From Gemmatimonadota bacterium (GTDB lineage Bacteria; Gemmatimonadota; Gemmatimonadetes; Gemmatimonadales; GWC2-71-9): a DNA stretch of 64,000 bases. The DNA is taken from NCBI GenBank assembly GCA_039586365.1, contig JBDHKN010000001.1, forward strand, positions 128,001 to 192,000, read 5' to 3'. Below, in pieces: positions 58,796-64,000 of this stretch (positions are counted from its first letter, which is position 1; every line of letters starts with the position of its first letter). The notes under the pieces were generated by a model, which worked only from the letters and a program-made list of their open reading frames with translations, was not told the origin of the DNA and made no database searches. The translations under genes were made by a program, and so were the position numbers.

Positions 58796-60280
58796 ATGAG
58801 TTCACCACTCCAGACCGAGACGCATCCATCCGTAGGCGATATGCCACCAGAGGAGTTTCGTAGGTATGGTCATCGGCTGGTGGACTGGATTGCGGATTTC
58901 TTTGACGGAATCGATGAGATCCCAGTTACAGCAGCTATTCAACCCGGAGATCTGGTAGCGCAGCTACCGAATGAGGCGCCGGCAGCCGGTGAGAGTATGG
59001 CAACCATTCTAGCTGACATTGACCGCCTCATCATGCCCTCCATGACTCATTGGAATCATCCGTCGTTCTTCGGCTATTTCAACTCGAGCGGATCGAGCCC
59101 TGGCGTGCTGGCTGAAATGCTGAGCGCGGCATTCAACGTGAACTGCATGCTCTGGCAGTCATGCCCCGCGGGCACCGAGTTGGAGCAGGTAACGTTGGAC
59201 TGGTTGCGAGACTTGTTGGGCTTGCCGAGTGACCTATGGGGAATCATCTACGACACAGCTTCGAGTGCCAGCATGCACGCTGTTGCCGCTGCTAGGGAAC
59301 AGATCGCGGGTCTGCGCGTTCGAGAGGAGGGACTGGCTGGTCGGGCCGATGTGCCACGGCTACGCATCTATACGTCCGAGCAGGTCCACTCATCGGTCGA
59401 GAAAGCAGCAGTCACGCTAGGGATTGGAATGGCCGGTGTTCGAAAGATTCCCGTGGACGATGCGTTTCGCATGCGTGTGGATCTGCTGGAAGCGGCCATT
59501 GCCGAAGACCGTCGTGATGGCTGGTTGCCGTTTTGTGCAGTCGGCACGGTGGGCACTACCTCCACTACTGCGATCGACCCGATCCCATCTCTGGCTGCTG
59601 TCTGCCGTCGGGAAGACATGTGGCTGCATGTCGATGCAGCACATGGAGGGATCGCCGGCCTAGTGCCGGAGAAGCGCGCGGTGCTGGACGGGTGTGATGG
59701 TGCTGACTCGATCGTAGTGAACCCGCACAAGTGGATGTTCGTGCCGTTAGACCTGAGCGCGTTCTACACGCGGAAGCCGGCGGTTCTGAAACGGGCATTC
59801 AGCCTCGTCCCCGAGTACCTGCGGACTGACCACGACCAGAAGGTGGAGAACTACATGGACTATGGGGTCGCCCTGGGCCGAAGATTTCGAGCGCTCAAAC
59901 TCTGGTTCGTGTTGCGGTACTTCGGTGCCGACGGATTGGCCACGCGGTTGCGGGAACATTTTCGTTTGGCGAGCCAGTTCCAGGACTGGGTGAATGCCGA
60001 CTCGTGCTTCGAACTGATGGCGCCTGTGCCGCTAACCACAGTATGCTTCCGAGCACATCCGCTTGAGGTTACTGACGAGTGCGAACTGAACGAACTCAAT
60101 GACCGGCTGATGAAAGCGGTAAATGCTACGAGGAAGGCCTTTCTGACTCATACTAAGCTGGGTGACCGGTTCGTCCTGAGGCTAGTTGTCTCGCACTTGC
60201 GGACGAGACCACATCACGTGGAACAGGTATGGGGCTTGTTGCGCGAGAAGCTCGCCGAAATACGCAACACTGCGAGCTGA
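58796..60280 (+). CDS. PLP-dependent aromatic L-amino acid decarboxylase family protein
   Basis: THWNHPSFFGYF, PAGTELE, HSSVEK, HVDAAH, NPHKW, GRRFRALKLW. Confidence 0.92.
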   Translation: MSSPLQTETHPSVGDMPPEEFRRYGHRLVDWIADFFDGIDEIPVTAAIQPGDLVAQLPNEAPAAGESMATILADIDRLIMPSMTHWNHPSFFGYFNSSGSSPGVLAEMLSAAFNVNCMLWQSCPAGTELEQVTLDWLRDLLGLPSDLWGIIYDTASSASMHAVAAAREQIAGLRVREEGLAGRADVPRLRIYTSEQVHSSVEKAAVTLGIGMAGVRKIPVDDAFRMRVDLLEAAIAEDRRDGWLPFCAVGTVGTTSTTAIDPIPSLAAVCRREDMWLHVDAAHGGIAGLVPEKRAVLDGCDGADSIVVNPHKWMFVPLDLSAFYTRKPAVLKRAFSLVPEYLRTDHDQKVENYMDYGVALGRRFRALKLWFVLRYFGADGLATRLREHFRLASQFQDWVNADSCFELMAPVPLTTVCFRAHPLEVTDECELNELNDRLMKAVNATRKAFLTHTKLGDRFVLRLVVSHLRTRPHHVEQVWGLLREKLAEIRNTAS

Positions 60281-60289
60281 GGCCAATCA

Positions 60290-60898
60290 GTGGATACGGC
60301 TGAAGTCCGCCAAAAATACGACGCGTTTGCCCCCTCGTATGATGTGACTGTGGGGGCACTTGACGCCCTTGGTATGCGACGACTGCGACGAGCGATGCTG
60401 CGACAGGCACGCGGCAAGGTGCTGGAGGTAGGTTTCGGGACCGGCAAGAACCTAACGTCTTATCCGCCGGGCTGTGAGATAACGGGAGCGGATCTGAGCA
60501 GGGAGATGCTCAGGCGGGCGCGGCACGGGATGTCGCAGCGCCAATTAGCCTGGCGCTGCGCCCAGGTGGATACGCACTATCTCGCCTTTGCCGACAACAC
60601 CTTCGACAAAGTGGTCGAGGCGCTCTGTCTTTGTACTTACATGGAGCCGGTGGCCGCTCTCGCAGAGATGGCAAGGGTCTGCCGCGCGGACGGCCGGATC
60701 CTGCTACTGGAACATGGTCGGAGTCGGCATGGATGGCTGGGGCGACTGCAGGATCGGCTGGCAGGTTCTCACGCAAAGGCGGTCGGCTGCATATGGAACC
60801 GGGAACCTCACGAATGCTGTGAGGCAGCCGGCTTGCGAGTTGCGGCGGCCCGCAGGACATTCTTCGGCGTGTTCCACGTACTGGAAGCGATCCCCTAG
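60290..60898 (+). CDS. Class I SAM-dependent methyltransferase
   Basis: VLEVGFGTG, DLSREML, LAEMARVC, LLEHG. Confidence 0.88.
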   Translation: MDTAEVRQKYDAFAPSYDVTVGALDALGMRRLRRAMLRQARGKVLEVGFGTGKNLTSYPPGCEITGADLSREMLRRARHGMSQRQLAWRCAQVDTHYLAFADNTFDKVVEALCLCTYMEPVAALAEMARVCRADGRILLLEHGRSRHGWLGRLQDRLAGSHAKAVGCIWNREPHECCEAAGLRVAAARRTFFGVFHVLEAIP

Positions 60899-60906
60899 GT
60901 AGCTAG

Positions 60907-62199
60907 GTGGCTGGTCAGGGAGCAGAGATGCGGAAGACTGCCTGTGCATCCAGGTCACGCTTTCGGACCAGCCTTGGTCCCGGTCTCCTGTGGGCAGCTG
61001 CTGCCGTAGGTGTTTCCCACTTGGTGCAGTCGACGCGCGCGGGAGCTGTTGCCGGATTCGGACTGAGTGGAGTGATACTGTTGGCGCTGATACTCAAATA
61101 CCCGTTTTTCGAGTATGGTCCTCGCTACGCTGCAGCCACTGGCTGGAGTCTGGTAGAAGGTTACCTGCGGATTGGTAGGTGGGCACTGTGGCTCTACCTC
61201 GCGGTAACAATACTGACTTCAGTGGTCATTCAAGCCGCAGTCGTACTCTTCACTGCCTTCCTGGTGAAGTTCGTCTTGGGACTGGATTGGTCTTTACCTA
61301 TTACCGCAGCTGTTCTCATCACACTGTGCGCAGCCTTGCTCTGGATCGGTCGCTACCGGGCTCTTGACGTTACTGTCAAGGTGATACTAGCTGTGCTGGC
61401 CGTTTCTACCCTGGTCGCTGCCTTCGTGACGCTGCCGCGGGCGGATCTCTCGACGTTCGCTTTGTGGCCGGGCGAAGTCGGTACGGCGGTGCCGTTCGCT
61501 TTCATTCTGGCGCTAATGGGCTGGATGCCCTCCGCCTTCGATATCTCAGTCTGGAATTCGCTGTGGACCCTGGCGAAAGACGAGAGTGAAGGCACGAGAT
61601 CCTCAGTACGCCACGCCCGACTGGATTTCTTGGTTGGGTATGTTGGAACGGGTGTTCTCGCATTCGCCTTTGCGACGCTGGGCGCCGGTGTGATGTTTGG
61701 GTCTGGTGCTTCGTTCAGCCCGCAAGGGACGGTTTTCTCGACGCAGTTGGTGGACCTCTATAGCCAGACACTGGGCGCGTGGACCCGGCCGATCGTCTTG
61801 GTAGCAGTAACCACGACGATGGTGTCGACCACGCTTACAGTCGTCGACGGGTTCCCGCGGGCGATAGAGCGATCGCTTTACTATGTCCGAACGAGCAAGC
61901 CTCCCCAGGCAGCGGTGCCTTCCGCTGGGAACCTCTACTGGGGTTCTCTCACGGCACTCGGGGTCCTCACAGTAGTCGTACTGATCTTCTTCGTTGGCAA
62001 TCTGACCACGATGGTCGATTTCGCCACTATCGTTTCCTTCCTGACGGCGCCGATACTCGGTTATCTCAACCTCAGAGCCGTGACATCTCCGGATGTAGCC
62101 CCGGAACACCGACCCTCCAAGCCAATGCAAGTGTTGTCGCGGGTTGGTCTGGCATTGTTGGGAGGGATTGGAGCGGTGTACCTGGTGTCTCTGTTCTGA
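60907..62199 (+). CDS. NRAMP-related (non-canonical) membrane transporter
   Basis: GPGLLWAAAAVGVSHLVQSTRAGA, KYPFFE, GWMP; about 11 TM helices; no DPGN motif. Confidence 0.8.
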   Translation: MAGQGAEMRKTACASRSRFRTSLGPGLLWAAAAVGVSHLVQSTRAGAVAGFGLSGVILLALILKYPFFEYGPRYAAATGWSLVEGYLRIGRWALWLYLAVTILTSVVIQAAVVLFTAFLVKFVLGLDWSLPITAAVLITLCAALLWIGRYRALDVTVKVILAVLAVSTLVAAFVTLPRADLSTFALWPGEVGTAVPFAFILALMGWMPSAFDISVWNSLWTLAKDESEGTRSSVRHARLDFLVGYVGTGVLAFAFATLGAGVMFGSGASFSPQGTVFSTQLVDLYSQTLGAWTRPIVLVAVTTTMVSTTLTVVDGFPRAIERSLYYVRTSKPPQAAVPSAGNLYWGSLTALGVLTVVVLIFFVGNLTTMVDFATIVSFLTAPILGYLNLRAVTSPDVAPEHRPSKPMQVLSRVGLALLGGIGAVYLVSLF

Positions 62200-62326
62200 T
62201 GCAATCAGGGGATATCGCGCCGTCCAGCGGAACAGGTGCCGTCTCAAGTTGGATTGTCTGTGCAACCCCCACTGACTGGTCGACTGTCTGCAATTCCATC
62301 GGACCACTAGCCCCTAGAGAATCACT

Positions 62327-63439
62327 ATGACAATTCGCGCTGCGGTGATGACCGCTCCCAATGAACCGATAGAGCTGTGGAACCTCGACGACCCCCAAAT
62401 GGAACCGGGCTCCATTCTGTTGGAGACCGTGGCCAGTGAAGTCTGCGGTACCGACGTTCACCTACACCATGGTCGACTCGCCGGAGTCCCCTATCCCATC
62501 ATTCCGGGTCATGTGAGCGTGGGGCGAGTGGCTGAGCTGCGGGATGTTGTGCGGGACGGTTTGGGTGAGCCACTCGCCACAGGTGATCTAGTCACCTTTT
62601 ACGACGTAACCGAAACCTGCAATACGTGCTGGTACTGCACCGTCGCGCAGCAACCGAATCGCTGTCCCAGCCGTCGGGTATATGGAATCACTTATTCAGC
62701 CACTGATGGGCTATTGGGGGGCTGGGCCGAACGGATCTACTTGAAGCCGGGTGTGCGGGTACTCAAGCTGCCCGAGTCGCTCACGGCGGACGATGTAATT
62801 GGAGGCGGGTGTGGCCTGTTCACGGGGTTTGCCGCGGCCGACCGAAGTCGCCTGAGGCTGGGTGACACGGTGGTTGTGCAGGGGGCTGGCCCAGTCGGCC
62901 TCGCCGCTGCAGCGTTTGCCTCCGTAGGTGGAGCCGACTGTGTAATCGTGGTTGGAGCTCCCGAAGACCGTCTGCAGCTGGCGCAGCGACTCGGTGCCGA
63001 CGTGGTGCTGTCATTGGAGACAATGGCTGCGGAAGATCGTAGTGAGGCCGTGCGCACGCTGACCGGTGGTCGTGGCGCGGACGTAGTCGTCGAGGCAAGT
63101 GGGAATCCAGAGGCTATACCTCAAGGCTTTGATCTGCTCCGCGATGGTGGAACCTACGTTATAGCGGGGCATTACACGGATGCAGGTAGCATCGCGATCA
63201 ACCCGCATGTAGCCATCAACCGCAAGCACGCCGACATCCGGGGTCAGTGGGGTACCGATTTCCGTCATGTGGTTCGGGCTCTGAAGCTGTTGTCGCGACA
63301 CGTCGACCGGTTGCCGTTCGCGCAGGTGATTGGAGGGCGCTACGGACTGGAGCAGGCGGGACAGGCGTTAGAGGATGTGGGGGGCCTGCGCGTGACCAAG
63401 GCGATAATACAGCCGCAGCTTGCGACTGGCGGAGCGTAG
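62327..63439 (+). CDS. Zinc-binding medium-chain dehydrogenase
   Basis: VCGTDVH, CNTCWYC..PNRC, GAGPVG. Confidence 0.9.
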   Translation: MTIRAAVMTAPNEPIELWNLDDPQMEPGSILLETVASEVCGTDVHLHHGRLAGVPYPIIPGHVSVGRVAELRDVVRDGLGEPLATGDLVTFYDVTETCNTCWYCTVAQQPNRCPSRRVYGITYSATDGLLGGWAERIYLKPGVRVLKLPESLTADDVIGGGCGLFTGFAAADRSRLRLGDTVVVQGAGPVGLAAAAFASVGGADCVIVVGAPEDRLQLAQRLGADVVLSLETMAAEDRSEAVRTLTGGRGADVVVEASGNPEAIPQGFDLLRDGGTYVIAGHYTDAGSIAINPHVAINRKHADIRGQWGTDFRHVVRALKLLSRHVDRLPFAQVIGGRYGLEQAGQALEDVGGLRVTKAIIQPQLATGGA

Positions 63440-63474
63440 GTATGAAACGAATGATCGCCCTTGCGTCTCACCGC

Positions 63475-63999
63475 TCACCGTCTTGCTCTCATGCTCTCGA
63501 ACATGCGAGCGACGCCCTCCGGTGGCCTAGTGAAGTAGCTCACCACCACCGTAACCAGCAGTCCTGCCATGAAAGCGGGGATCAGCTCATAGAGCCGTGA
63601 ATTGAGCGCGGGGATTCGGTCCCACACGATCGTGATGAGGGCTCCGGTCACCAGCCCGGCTATCACGCCCGTTCGGGTAGTACGTCGCCAGTACAGGGCC
63701 AGGATGGAGGTCGGGCCGAAAGACGCACCCAAGCCGGCCCAAGCCAGCAGCACTAGCCAGAACACGCCGATCTTCTCGGCGATGAGACCGAAGCCCACCG
63801 CTGCTGCAACTAACGCTACCACCACAATCCGGCTATACCGCACCAGTCGCTGCTGTGGAATCGTAGCGCCAGAGTGCAGAATCTTCTCGTAAAAGTCTCG
63901 CACCACGCTCGACGTTGACACCAGTAGCTGGGAGTCAGCGGTCGAGATGATGGCCGCGAAGATCGACGCGACTACGACGCCGAAGAACACCGGATGCAG
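63475..63999 (-). CDS. Sodium:solute symporter (PutP-like), 5'-truncated by the window edge
   Basis: AAIISTADSQLLV, AWAGLGASFGP, LYELIPAF. Confidence 0.9.
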   Translation of the reverse strand: MHPVFFGVVVASIFAAIISTADSQLLVSTSSVVRDFYEKILHSGATIPQQRLVRYSRIVVVALVAAAVGFGLIAEKIGVFWLVLLAWAGLGASFGPTSILALYWRRTTRTGVIAGLVTGALITIVWDRIPALNSRLYELIPAFMAGLLVTVVVSYFTRPPEGVARMFESMRARR

Positions 64000-64000
64000 G

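Overview
A GC-rich bacterial chromosomal window; gene content and style suggest Gemmatimonadota, which is an inference. It holds about 70 CDSs and two CCA-less tRNAs (Ala-CGC, Gln-CTG). There is no rRNA, CRISPR array, transposase or integrase. The left part (1-20 kb) is housekeeping-like: tandem DAACS transporters, acyl-CoA dehydrogenase, an enoyl reductase, an MntR/DtxR repressor with its operator, nadE, mlaEFD and rnz. An accessory-looking ~20 kb block follows tRNA-Gln (20.1-40.1 kb). It starts with an 18-bp duplication of the tRNA 3' end and carries three gene scars. It also carries a secreted M20 amidohydrolase with a TAXI-TRAP transporter, arsR-arsM, an AT-hook/HTH protein and a sulfane-sulfur module. 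That module is a two-Cys ArsR regulator, psrABC-like genes, YeeE and a YeeE-rhodanese fusion ending in KKKKKSMGC. The right part has infA, csp, rhomboid, cyclophilin, a KamA-like radical SAM enzyme, nfi, hslR, sdhCAB, an ECF sigma module and an aromatic amino acid decarboxylase cluster. The strongest leads are the sulfur module with its C-terminal Cys arm, an in-frame TGA in psrC followed by a SECIS-like hairpin, a DAACS transporter lacking the canonical Na+ ligands, and several non-canonical start/stop codons. The codon anomalies could be biological or assembly errors. All family calls come from motif recognition by eye, not from database searches.
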